A stretch of DNA of 64,000 nt from Candidatus Cloacimonadales bacterium (GTDB taxonomy: Bacteria; Cloacimonadota; Cloacimonadia; Cloacimonadales; JAFGVF01). The stretch covers positions 1,056,001-1,120,000 of the forward strand of contig CAXXOU010000004.1 of NCBI GenBank assembly GCA_963677495.2, given 5' to 3'. A program made the translations under genes and the position numbers. Positions 53,670 to 63,156 of the stretch are shown piece after piece; position 1 is the stretch's first letter, and every line of letters begins with the position of its first letter. The notes beneath the pieces are model-generated. The model did no database searches. It was not told where the DNA came from and worked only from the letters and a program-made list of their open reading frames with translations.

Positions 53670-53967
53670 AATTCCTCCACTCACGTTTCTACTAATAATA
53701 ACAAGCTTCTGTTGATTATCCTGCATTAAAAGTTCCAATTGAACATTATTAGTTCTCTGCACAGTCTCACTCCCCTATCATAATTCGGTACCGATTCTGA
53801 TGAGTCTCTTGGGGATCCCCGGGTAAAAACTGCATTTTGCTAACAAGAGATGGATACGAGAGAGGGTAGTATTTGATATTTATAGTTCACTAATTATGAT
53901 AGAGCAATGAGAGTGAAGTAAGATTGGAGTGGATTAACTAAACTAGTTAATATCTTCTTTGAGAAAA

Positions 53968-54531
53968 CTATCCTAGCTGCTTATACCTAAAGCAATCAGT
54001 TGTATGATCATTCACCATGCCGGTTGCTTGCATGAAAGAATAGCAGATAGTTGGGCCTACAAAATTCATACCACGTTTCTTTAGGTCTTTGCTAAGTTTT
54101 TCAGCTAACTCTGTTTTAACCGGAAGCTCTGAGAGTGATTTCCATGAATTTTGTATAGGCTTGTCATCAACAAATCCCCAGAAATATTTATCCAAAGAAC
54201 CAAACTCCTTGATAATATCTAAAGCAGCTTTAGCATTCCTGATAGTTGAATCGATCTTCCGCCGATTTCTAACAATCCCTGCATTAGATAATAATCGTTC
54301 TTTATCTTTATCGGTATAGTCTGCTATCTTATAAAAGTCAAAGTTATCAAATGCTTTTCGGTAGTTATCACGCTTCTTAAGGATAGTTATCCAACTTAGT
54401 CCGGCTTGCGCTCCTTCCAGTATGAGGAATTCAAAGAGTAGCCTGTCATCATGTACAGGTGTTCCCCATTCTTTATCGTGATAATAAATATATATAGGGT
54501 CATCACCACACCATTCACATCTTTTCTTCAT
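53968..54531 (-). CDS. tag: DNA-3-methyladenine glycosylase I
   Basis: RCEW, YHDKEWG, LEGAQAGLSW, FVGPTI, NDH...C. Confidence 0.96.
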   Translation of the reverse strand: MKKRCEWCGDDPIYIYYHDKEWGTPVHDDRLLFEFLILEGAQAGLSWITILKKRDNYRKAFDNFDFYKIADYTDKDKERLLSNAGIVRNRRKIDSTIRNAKAALDIIKEFGSLDKYFWGFVDDKPIQNSWKSLSELPVKTELAEKLSKDLKKRGMNFVGPTICYSFMQATGMVNDHTTDCFRYKQLG

Positions 54532-54533
54532 AT

Positions 54534-54950
54534 TTACTCACCAATAATCTTAACTAAAACTCGTTTCTTACGTTTTCCATCAAACTCCCCATAGAAGATC
54601 TGTTCCCATGGTCCAAAGTCTAACTCACCATTCGTAATTGCTACAACCACTTCCCTACCCATGATTGTCCGTTTAAGATGAGCATCACCATTATCTTCAT
54701 ACCCATTATGATGATATCTGGAATAAGGTTTCTCAGGTGCTAGTCCCTCCAACCAGTTCTCAAAGTCCTGATGAAGACCCGGTTCATTGTCATTTATGAA
54801 AACCGAAGCAGTTATATGCATAGCATTTACGAGGCAAAAACCTTCTTTAATCCCACTTTCTCTTAAACAACCCTCTACATCTCTGGTTATATTAATAAAA
54901 TCTCTTCTTCGGTCTGTTTTGAACCATAACTCTTTTCTATAGCTTTTCAT
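54534..54950 (-). CDS. yjbQ: YjbQ/UPF0047 family protein
   Basis: [25 protein letters not shown]. Confidence 0.92.
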   Translation of the reverse strand: MKSYRKELWFKTDRRRDFINITRDVEGCLRESGIKEGFCLVNAMHITASVFINDNEPGLHQDFENWLEGLAPEKPYSRYHHNGYEDNGDAHLKRTIMGREVVVAITNGELDFGPWEQIFYGEFDGKRKKRVLVKIIGE

Positions 54951-55069
54951 TATATCTCCTTATTTCTCAATATCTCTAAGAAATAAACATATTGTAAAGA
55001 AGTTTCCAAGGAGTTATTCATACTCATCACAAATAGGGTTTGAACGTAGATGTGTCTCGTCACGAAACA

Positions 55070-55625
55070 AAGACCTTCGGAATGGTCGTTAGACCTTGCG
55101 AATGGTTGTACTTCGAAGATAAATCAATTGACCAGGGGTGGATCAATTTACATTACAGGAGCATCATTGAGAAAGTCTGTATACAACTATTATTGCCACT
55201 TTTCGCATTTCCCCATACTCCTATTAAGTCGTACAGGTGACTGCTTCCCAATTCCGGTCACCTGTGCGAGTATCGAGCTTGGGGAAATGGAATTGAATTA
55301 GCAAGGACTCGTGCTTTGTTTGTTTTATGCTAACCCTGAAAGGGTTACATATGAGTAGCCCCGAATGCAATTCGGGGTAGCGAATTACACACAGGAATCG
55401 ACAACTCCAACGGAGTTGAATTTATGTATTTATGCCAAATTCGACCCCATTGGGGTCGTTGTTTTCTAGGATTTACAACTATGCATTGATACATAGCTAC
55501 TCACATTTAATCACTCAGTGATTAGTCCTACCTCTGCCTACTTTCATACAAGCTCGCGTCCAAAGGAGTTTGCGACTTCGACGCCAAGCTATGGAGTGCA
55601 CCAACTACGTAGGTGCGTTTTGTCA
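55070..55625. repeat. Mosaic of REP-like hairpin modules
   Basis: AACCCTGAAAGGGTT, CCCCGAATGCAATTCGGGG, ACTCCAACGGAGT hairpins; 55439-55573 ~ 58366-58500; 55250-55294 ~ 26748 and 58306. Confidence 0.85.
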
Positions 55626-55694
55626 CACAACTATAATTTGCCATGTCACGCTATTCACCCAACTCCCATTCGGTCGCTATGGTGCCAGCTTAAG

Positions 55695-57929
55695 CTATTT
55701 CATCAATATCATCTTCTTAGTCTTTGTATAAGTCCCAGCCTGTAGCTTATAGAAATAAATCCCTGAAGCTACTTTAACTCCATTATCATCATCACCATCC
55801 CAGATAATACTATGTTCTCCGGATGGCATCTCTTCGTTTACTAATGTCTTAATTCTTTGCCCTTTGATGTTGAATACTGCTAGCTTGATGTTTCCTCTTC
55901 TGGGGATACTATAGTTTATCGTTGTAGTTGGATTGAATGGGTTAGGATAGTTAGATATTTTATACGTAGAACTTAGTAAGTAATCATTGTCGATGCCAAC
56001 AGGATTCCATTCATGACAACCAATATCTATTTGCCCTCCATATATTCGTGGATGACCAGTTAGGTCAAACTCTGGAAGTTCAACACCTTCCGGCATAACT
56101 AGAGTTCCATTATCAATTGCAGGGGATAGTGAAGACAGAAAGTAGTATCCTTCACTAACATCCCATAAAGGATTGTCATTCATATTGTTTTCTTGCCAAT
56201 CGACAAAGCTCTGACCAATATGTGCGATATTCCCCTCTCCTCCCTGAATTATTGAGTTTCTTACGAACAATGATTCCTGATAAGTTTGATTATTCATCAC
56301 TATTTGATATAGTGTATTCCCATATAATATTGAGTTAACAATGTTCAATTTAGATACTGTAGCAACAGATATAGCAGCTCCCCAGAATGAATCAGCACTA
56401 TTATTTGCTATTGTTGAATTAATTAAATTACATCTTGCAGGTGTAGGGTAGTTTCCGGAAGATATTGTTAACCCGACACCACTAGTATTCCATTCAGAAT
56501 ATGTTTCTATATTATTAACTACCTCAGTGTTCACAATATTCATCAAACTACCGTTATATGTGTTTAAAACAATACTGGAATAACTGAAGACATCTGGTGA
56601 GGAGTATTCAACATTATCATATATTCTGGTGTTTGATATTGAAGAATCGTCACAATAATGAAATTTTAATGCACCCCATGAACTGCAATCATGAATTCTT
56701 AAATTGTTTACATCACCACTACTATATATCATGTAAACAGGTTCTCGAGAACCCATATAGTTAGATAAATCAACATTGTCGATCTCGAAATCTATCGCAT
56801 GGTGGAGGTGGATTCCTTGAGTGTCATAACCATTTATTAGTGATAAGTTTCTAATCCCAACATTTCTATCACGATAGGTCGATCGAAAGAAACCTGTAAT
56901 AGATTCAGCATCAAGTATCGTACCGGTATCTGATTCACCAATAATACTTACATTATCCTTTAATTGGATCGGAAAAATCTGTTGATTTAGGCTTTCAGAA
57001 TAGACACCATCTTCAACATGTACTGTTCGATGTGTTAAACTATCTGAATCTACTTTTAACATTGCATATGCTATCGTTTTTAGGGGAGAACTAGGTGATT
57101 CACCACTATTATTGTCATTACCTGTTGTTGAAACATATATGTCAGATGCAACTTCGTCAACCACATGATTCTGTATCATGAACTCGAACCTGCTTTCTAA
57201 AGGGAACATAGGTTCAGAGTATCCGTCTGTTGGGAAAGCATGGTAAATTGTTGGATTTACTACAGTAAAAGTATCAACATATACTGTCTGAGTGGGGCAA
57301 TTAGGAGTACTAAACAAGTCGTTCCCTGTTCCAGCATAATTAAGATATACACTATTAATATTTGATGCTCCAAAGCTGACATTTGAATCACATAAATAGA
57401 AACCACCACCAAAAGTACTAGCAATATTCTTTTTTACGGTAGTATTTCCAAGACTCAAAAATGAGCTATCAAGTAGAATCCCACCACCATAATCTGCTCT
57501 ATTATTCTTTATTACACAATTAAAAACCCTAATACTTGAATCCTCAGCTCTAATTCCTCCACCTACAAAACATAAGAAATCAAAAGTACCTGAACCATTT
57601 CTAATTGTAAACCCTTCGATTTGAATCCAGTTAGTATCGATTATGTTGATTACGCTTCCGGTTCTGTTCCCATCAAGTACAGTATTCGCAATATCCATAG
57701 GATCATGAGACTCATGAAAATCACTGATAATTGTTATATCTTTCTCTGTAACAGTAAGATTCTCATAATACACTCCAGGATGCACTAAGATAGTATCGTA
57801 ATTGTTCGCAGAATCAATAGCATCTTGGATTGTAGTATAATCTCCTGTTCCATCTTCAAAAATTTCGATTACCACACAAAACATCTTGTTAACAAATAGA
57901 ATCATTAATAGAGCAAAGTTGATTTTCAT
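55695..57929 (-). CDS. Secreted beta-helix (pectin-lyase-like/DUF1565) protein with C-terminal sorting domain
   Basis: YTTIQDAID..VHPGVYYE, YVSTTGNDNNSG..PLKTI, NYPNPFNPTTTI...SGIYFYKL...KKMILMK; AGGAG before ATG 57929. Confidence 0.85.
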   Translation of the reverse strand: MKINFALLMILFVNKMFCVVIEIFEDGTGDYTTIQDAIDSANNYDTILVHPGVYYENLTVTEKDITIISDFHESHDPMDIANTVLDGNRTGSVINIIDTNWIQIEGFTIRNGSGTFDFLCFVGGGIRAEDSSIRVFNCVIKNNRADYGGGILLDSSFLSLGNTTVKKNIASTFGGGFYLCDSNVSFGASNINSVYLNYAGTGNDLFSTPNCPTQTVYVDTFTVVNPTIYHAFPTDGYSEPMFPLESRFEFMIQNHVVDEVASDIYVSTTGNDNNSGESPSSPLKTIAYAMLKVDSDSLTHRTVHVEDGVYSESLNQQIFPIQLKDNVSIIGESDTGTILDAESITGFFRSTYRDRNVGIRNLSLINGYDTQGIHLHHAIDFEIDNVDLSNYMGSREPVYMIYSSGDVNNLRIHDCSSWGALKFHYCDDSSISNTRIYDNVEYSSPDVFSYSSIVLNTYNGSLMNIVNTEVVNNIETYSEWNTSGVGLTISSGNYPTPARCNLINSTIANNSADSFWGAAISVATVSKLNIVNSILYGNTLYQIVMNNQTYQESLFVRNSIIQGGEGNIAHIGQSFVDWQENNMNDNPLWDVSEGYYFLSSLSPAIDNGTLVMPEGVELPEFDLTGHPRIYGGQIDIGCHEWNPVGIDNDYLLSSTYKISNYPNPFNPTTTINYSIPRRGNIKLAVFNIKGQRIKTLVNEEMPSGEHSIIWDGDDDNGVKVASGIYFYKLQAGTYTKTKKMILMK

Positions 57930-58019
57930 ATAACTCCTTACATATACCGAATATGTTATTTGTAATAAGCATATTTGGTTTGTCAAATGGTTTATCTAAT
58001 TGCCATTTGTTTGTTTGCG

Positions 58020-58500
58020 AAACCCTCGGCTTTCAATATATCACTTACATCCTTACAGGGCTCTCTAATTTTGGGGATTATTTACCCTACACTCACGTAT
58101 AGGGCTATTAAACAGTAGCTCCTTCCGAGCTAAAACCTAGTAATCATCTGTACCTTTTGAATGGTCCAGATCTTCAGAAGAGTGCACTTCGAAGGAACTA
58201 ACTCAGACTTGCGTTGCAGCGTTAGCGTGGTGCAAGAACGAAACAGACTTCGAGTACAGGAATTCGACCTGCACCACAACGAAGTGTGGGGCGGGAATAA
58301 ATCACAATTCCTGTCACCTTGTGAGTTTACGAGCTTAGGGAAATGGAATTGTCTGTTTATGTCATATTCTACCCCGTTTGGGTCGTTGTTTTTTGGGGAT
58401 TTACAACTATGCATTGCATACATAGCTACTCACATTTAATCACTCTGTGATTATTCCTGCTTCTTCCCACTTTCACAAGCTCGCGTCCATTGGAGTTTGC
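58020..58500. repeat. Mosaic of REP-like hairpin modules
   Basis: Reverse copy of 9599/33211 module at 58203-58242; copies of 55073, 55250 and 55439 modules. Confidence 0.85.
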
Positions 58501-58607
58501 TTCTGTTTGAGAATCATACTTCGAAACTTACTTAATATATTTATATCCTCGTTGACTACCTGCTATAAATCAGTTTCTTATCTCTATCTTATTCCGCATG
58601 CAACACA

Positions 58608-58662
58608 CGTTAGCTCCCCGTTAGCTCCCCGTTAGCTCCCCGTTAGATACCCGTTACAACGG
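58608..58662. repeat. 11-bp periodic array (core CGTTAG)
   Basis: CGTTAG 58608, 58619, 58630, 58641; CGTTAC 58652; inverted AACG 58658. Confidence 0.92.
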
Positions 58663-58786
58663 ATGGGAATTGGATTGGGTGCAGATAGCAAAGAAATGCA
58701 AACTCAATTTCCAATATGAGAGGGCACTCAAACTTGTTATCTACTCCTATTCCAGATACACATAAATAAGAGGATAATATTAATAG

Positions 58787-58815
58787 TTGACATAGTTATA
58801 TATTTATTGTAGTTT
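58787..58815 (+). promoter_or_regulatory. Sigma70-type promoter
   Basis: TTGACA-N17-TAGTTT upstream of the OMP gene. Confidence 0.55.
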
Positions 58816-58884
58816 TGAAATGTCTGTATAATATTCAATCAGTTAATCATAACTATAGAGGACACTTAGATATTGGAGGAGATA

Positions 58885-59496
58885 ATGAAAAAGGTAGTTC
58901 TGATAATAGGTTTCATCTTTTTAACTGCACTCTTGTTTTGCGGCCATGAAGGTTGTTTCTTGAAGGGTGGTATTAACCTTACTACAGCAACCGGAGATTA
59001 TAGTGAAGTCTCAGGCATTGTTTCAGGAAAACCCACAGGAAGTCATTTAAACTATCAAGTGGCAGGATATAGCCAGATTCCATTGAAGAAAGACGATTTA
59101 TACTGTGGTATAGGTTTACGGTTCAATACAAAATCCCTAAATTATTCAAAACGTGCTTACAACTATGAAGGAGAAATTGAAAAGCATACTGTTAACTTGG
59201 AAAGCTATGCCTTGGAAGTACCTTTAGACTTAATCTGGTACCTACATCACAATTATGGTATATCATTTGGTTTATCCTATTCATTCCCATTAGAAATTGG
59301 TATTGAAGCAGGAGATTCGTGGGACGATAAATATAACAGTTCTCTTAATGTTGAAATAGGGACTAAGTACCACTACAAAAGAAGTATTGTTGAGATAAGG
59401 TATCTACACGAGCTATTAAATCATTATACAAAAAATTATAAGGCTGAGTTGTTTAGAAGGCAAGTTATGCTGAATATTGGTTTTAAGTTATTTTAG
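58885..59496 (+). CDS. Outer-membrane beta-barrel (porin/PorT-like) protein
   Basis: Signal peptide, KGGIN, LEVPL, C-terminal LNIGFKLF. Confidence 0.75.
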   Translation: MKKVVLIIGFIFLTALLFCGHEGCFLKGGINLTTATGDYSEVSGIVSGKPTGSHLNYQVAGYSQIPLKKDDLYCGIGLRFNTKSLNYSKRAYNYEGEIEKHTVNLESYALEVPLDLIWYLHHNYGISFGLSYSFPLEIGIEAGDSWDDKYNSSLNVEIGTKYHYKRSIVEIRYLHELLNHYTKNYKAELFRRQVMLNIGFKLF

Positions 59497-59503
59497 TTGA
59501 AAA

Positions 59504-59526
59504 AGGGGATTCGCAATGAATCCCCT
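59504..59526. terminator. Bidirectional terminator between convergent genes
   Basis: AGGGGATTC-GCAAT-GAATCCCCT. Confidence 0.8.
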
Positions 59527-59548
59527 GTAATATATAGTTTATGATAAC

Positions 59549-61459
59549 TTATTCGCTATCAAGTTCATCTTTAACTGCTTTAAGTGCATCTTCCACAGAT
59601 AAAGCACCTAAGTCACCTTTTGTATGTCTGCGAACAGAGACTGTACCGTTCTCTTTCTCTTTGCCACCTGCGATGAACATATAAGGTATCTTCTTCATCT
59701 CAGCTTCACGAATCTTATAACCGATTCTTTCATCTCTCATATCGATATCAGCTCTGATTCCTGCTTGTAAAAGCTTATCCTGAATCTCTTTCGCATAATC
59801 AATATACTGATCAGAGATAGGTAAAACCTGAACCTGAACCGGGCATAACCAAACAGGGAAATTACCTGCATGGTACTCGATAAGAGTTCCGAAGAATCTC
59901 TCAATAGAACCAAGTAGTGCTCTATGCAACATGAAAGGTCTATGTGGCTGGTTGTCAGCACCGATGTACTCCATATCAAAACGAGTAGAAAGGTTGAAAT
60001 CGAACTGGATAGTTGTGCACTGCCAAGAACGATTAAGAGCATCTTTGATCTTAATATCAATCTTAGGACCGTAGAAAGCGCCACCACCTTCATCGACTTT
60101 ATATTCGAGTCCGGCTTTCTCAATGGACTTACGAAGTGACTCTGTTGCTTTCTCCCAATCAGCGTCTTCTCCAACTGATTTCTCTGGCTTAGTTGAGAGA
60201 TAGATATCCATATCTTTAAAGCCGAACTTCTTGAGAATATTCAATGAGAAGTCGATAAGTCTCTCCACTTCCCCATCAAGCTGTTCCGGAGTACAAATGA
60301 TATGAGCATCATCTTGTGTGAAACCACGAACACGCATAAGACCATGAAGTGTACCAGAACGTTCATAGCGATACACTGTCCCGAGTTCACCAAGTCTAAG
60401 TGGTAATTCTCTATAACTACGCTTTGTAGAGTTATAGATAGCAATATGGAAAGGACAGTTCATTGGCTTAAGATAATAATCCTGACCTTCTACTTCGATA
60501 GCTGAGAACATGCCTTCATTATAGAAACCTAAATGACCACTTGTTTCCCAAAGAGTAGATTTACCAATATGTGGAGTATAAACAAGTTTATAACCTGATT
60601 TGATGTGTTCCTCTTTCCAGAATGACTCGATCAAATGACGCATCATAGCACCATTAGGATGCCAGAGAATGAGTCCTGCACCTATATCATCAGATACAGA
60701 GAAAAGGTCTAACTCTTTACCGAGTTTTCTATGATCTCTTTTCTTAGCTTCTTCAAGATTATTCAGATAAACTTTGAGTTCTTTTTTACTTGGGAAGCTG
60801 ATACCATAGATACGTTTGAGCATCTTATTCTTCTCATCACCACGCCAATAAGCACCTGAAGTTTTGAGAAGCTTAACAGCTTTGAGTAAACCTGTATTCT
60901 GCATATGTGGACCACGACAAAGGTCTACAAACTTATCTTGTTTGTATACTGAGATAGTCTCTTCTTCAGGAATCTCACTTAAGATTTCCACTTTGTAAGG
61001 TTCATCCATCTCTTGGAACATCTTAAGAGCTTCATTACGAGGTAACTCTTCACGTGTATATGCATGCTTGCCTTTCGCAATCTCAAGCATCTTTTTCTCT
61101 ATCTTCTCAAGGTCAGCTTCAGTGAAAGCTTCATCTATATCAAAGTCATAATAGAAACCGTTCTCGATAGCTGGTCCGATTGTAACTTTCACGTTCGGGA
61201 AAAGTTCCTGAACAGCTTGAGCCATAATATGAGCTGAACTATGCCAGAATATCTCCGGTCCTTCGTCACTCTTGAAAGTAATAATACTAACTGTGGAATC
61301 CTCTTCAATCATTTCAGAAAGGTCACACAATTTATCATTTATTCTAGCAGCAAGTGCTACTCTAGCTAAACCTTCACTAATATCAAGAGCTACATCATGA
61401 GCACTAACCGCCCCTTCAAATTCCCTGATTGAGCCATCAGGTAAAGTAATCTTTAACAT
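59549..61459 (-). CDS. thrS: Threonine--tRNA ligase
   Basis: TGS domain, DLCRGPH, KPMNCP, RGFTQDDAH, FYGPKID, HRALLGSIERF. Confidence 0.98.
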   Translation of the reverse strand: MLKITLPDGSIREFEGAVSAHDVALDISEGLARVALAARINDKLCDLSEMIEEDSTVSIITFKSDEGPEIFWHSSAHIMAQAVQELFPNVKVTIGPAIENGFYYDFDIDEAFTEADLEKIEKKMLEIAKGKHAYTREELPRNEALKMFQEMDEPYKVEILSEIPEEETISVYKQDKFVDLCRGPHMQNTGLLKAVKLLKTSGAYWRGDEKNKMLKRIYGISFPSKKELKVYLNNLEEAKKRDHRKLGKELDLFSVSDDIGAGLILWHPNGAMMRHLIESFWKEEHIKSGYKLVYTPHIGKSTLWETSGHLGFYNEGMFSAIEVEGQDYYLKPMNCPFHIAIYNSTKRSYRELPLRLGELGTVYRYERSGTLHGLMRVRGFTQDDAHIICTPEQLDGEVERLIDFSLNILKKFGFKDMDIYLSTKPEKSVGEDADWEKATESLRKSIEKAGLEYKVDEGGGAFYGPKIDIKIKDALNRSWQCTTIQFDFNLSTRFDMEYIGADNQPHRPFMLHRALLGSIERFFGTLIEYHAGNFPVWLCPVQVQVLPISDQYIDYAKEIQDKLLQAGIRADIDMRDERIGYKIREAEMKKIPYMFIAGGKEKENGTVSVRRHTKGDLGALSVEDALKAVKDELDSE

Positions 61460-62749
61460 CTATTTCTCCTGTTTATATTTCTTTGCTAATTTTTCTTCAA
61501 TATCTTTTGCTGCTTGATTGAGAGCTTCCATAGGGTCAATTAATCCATTAATAACTCTTTCAAGCACTTGTTCTTCCAGGTCTTTTCTTGCATTATACCA
61601 TTCGGCAAACTGAGGTTCTGTTGTTGCAAATTGCAACTGACCGTAAACCTGTGCAAGCGATTCATTGCCTTCAAGCATACCTTTTATGGTATCTGTTTCT
61701 AAGGCACTCTTTCGTACCGGCATATAATTAGTCAATTTTGACCATTTAGCTGTTGCTTCTGTATCAGAGAACCACTTGATAAATTCCCAAGCAGCTCTTT
61801 CTCTTTCAGTGATTCCACTTTTGAAGATAGCAACATTGGTACCACTAATAATATTCTTCTTAGTTCTGTAGTGAGGAATCGGTGCCATACCCATGTTAAA
61901 GAGGAACTTTTGTTTCTTCATAAACACGATAGAAACAGAGGAACCTTCATACATACCAACTTTCTCAGCTAAGAAGTCATTTTGACCTTCGAAACCGGAA
62001 ACAGTATAAACGCTCTTGTCTTCATTCAATAAAGTACAAATGAAATCAAGAGCTTCACCTCCGGCGGGAGAGTTAAATGCAGGGGTTAAACCATCTTCTT
62101 GCATGATTGAACCACCGGCTTGAACAAGTAAGTTCTCGAATTGCCAGGCACTGACATTCATGTTTGTACCATAAGTATCAGTTACGCCATCACCATCGAG
62201 GTCTTTAGTAAGTTTATTGCAATAATGTCTAAAGTCTTCCCAAGTCTCAGGAGGAGTATTAGGGTCTAAACCATTTCTAATAAAAGCATCTTTATTATAA
62301 TAGAGAAGTCGTACGCTCTTATTGAAAGGCATAGAGTAAAGCTTTCCGTTTAAAGTATTTGAATGGATAAAGACTGGGAATATATCCTGCATATCTTCAT
62401 CGGTCATCTCCGGATCATTAGCAATCATATTATCAAGGTTAACAAGAACATCACCTTCAACAAAGTTTGCAGTCCAGGACTCAAAAACCTGAGCTACATC
62501 CGGTTGCTTATTAGCTTGGATAGACGCCATCAACTTCTGAGATAAAGCCTGATAGTTCCCTACAGATATAGATCTGACAAATATACTATCTTGGCTCATG
62601 TTAAAATCAAGTACAAGCTCGTTTAAAGCCTCTCCTAAAGGTCCACCCATTGCATGCCAGAAGATAATCTCAGTCTTTGCACTTTTAGTTTTTTGGCTAC
62701 AACCGAGCATAAGCCCAACCAATACTAGTAGGTATATTATCTTTCTCAT
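61460..62749 (-). CDS. ABC transporter substrate-binding lipoprotein (UgpB/sugar family)
   Basis: LMLG-C lipobox, FWHAM, PFNKS..LYYNKD, PETW. Confidence 0.9.
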   Translation of the reverse strand: MRKIIYLLVLVGLMLGCSQKTKSAKTEIIFWHAMGGPLGEALNELVLDFNMSQDSIFVRSISVGNYQALSQKLMASIQANKQPDVAQVFESWTANFVEGDVLVNLDNMIANDPEMTDEDMQDIFPVFIHSNTLNGKLYSMPFNKSVRLLYYNKDAFIRNGLDPNTPPETWEDFRHYCNKLTKDLDGDGVTDTYGTNMNVSAWQFENLLVQAGGSIMQEDGLTPAFNSPAGGEALDFICTLLNEDKSVYTVSGFEGQNDFLAEKVGMYEGSSVSIVFMKKQKFLFNMGMAPIPHYRTKKNIISGTNVAIFKSGITERERAAWEFIKWFSDTEATAKWSKLTNYMPVRKSALETDTIKGMLEGNESLAQVYGQLQFATTEPQFAEWYNARKDLEEQVLERVINGLIDPMEALNQAAKDIEEKLAKKYKQEK

Positions 62750-62952
62750 TTCTTCTCCATTAGTTTACATTATAATCAACTTGCTAATAATTATCAGAAT
62801 AATCTCCAGTCAAATAATTTTTCTGTTGAGATATAAGGGCATTTACATATTATATTTATTCAATACAGAGATTTCTAGTAGTTCCCAACAATTGAAAGAG
62901 ACTTTTTACTACCAATTTACAGTAGGAAACCTTACAGCAATGTGCTAAATAA

Positions 62953-63033
62953 CCACGTGCAAACCACGGGTTATCCACGCTCAAACCACGCGAGCCGTGG
63001 TCAACCCGTGGTTTACACGTGGTTAACCCGTGG
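62953..63033. repeat. 11-bp periodic inverted array (core CCACG/CGTGG), 4+4
   Basis: CCACG 62953, 62964, 62975, 62986; CGTGG 62996, 63007, 63018, 63029. Confidence 0.95.
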
Positions 63034-63156
63034 TAAGGTTTGACAATGGTATCTCACATGCATTAAATCACAAAGTAGGATTTATTCTTCATAAAACAGA
63101 TAAGATATTAGTTGTAAAAAAGATATGATTTGAGCAGTAATTAATTGTCGGAATAT

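Noticed and set aside
53780..53870. Another 11-bp periodic array (also weak traces near 10280-10420, 54965-55010, 62900-62940)
   Set aside because: Only short palindromes (GGGGATCCCC, TCGGTACCGA) or two in-phase cores; the periodicity is not convincing by eye.
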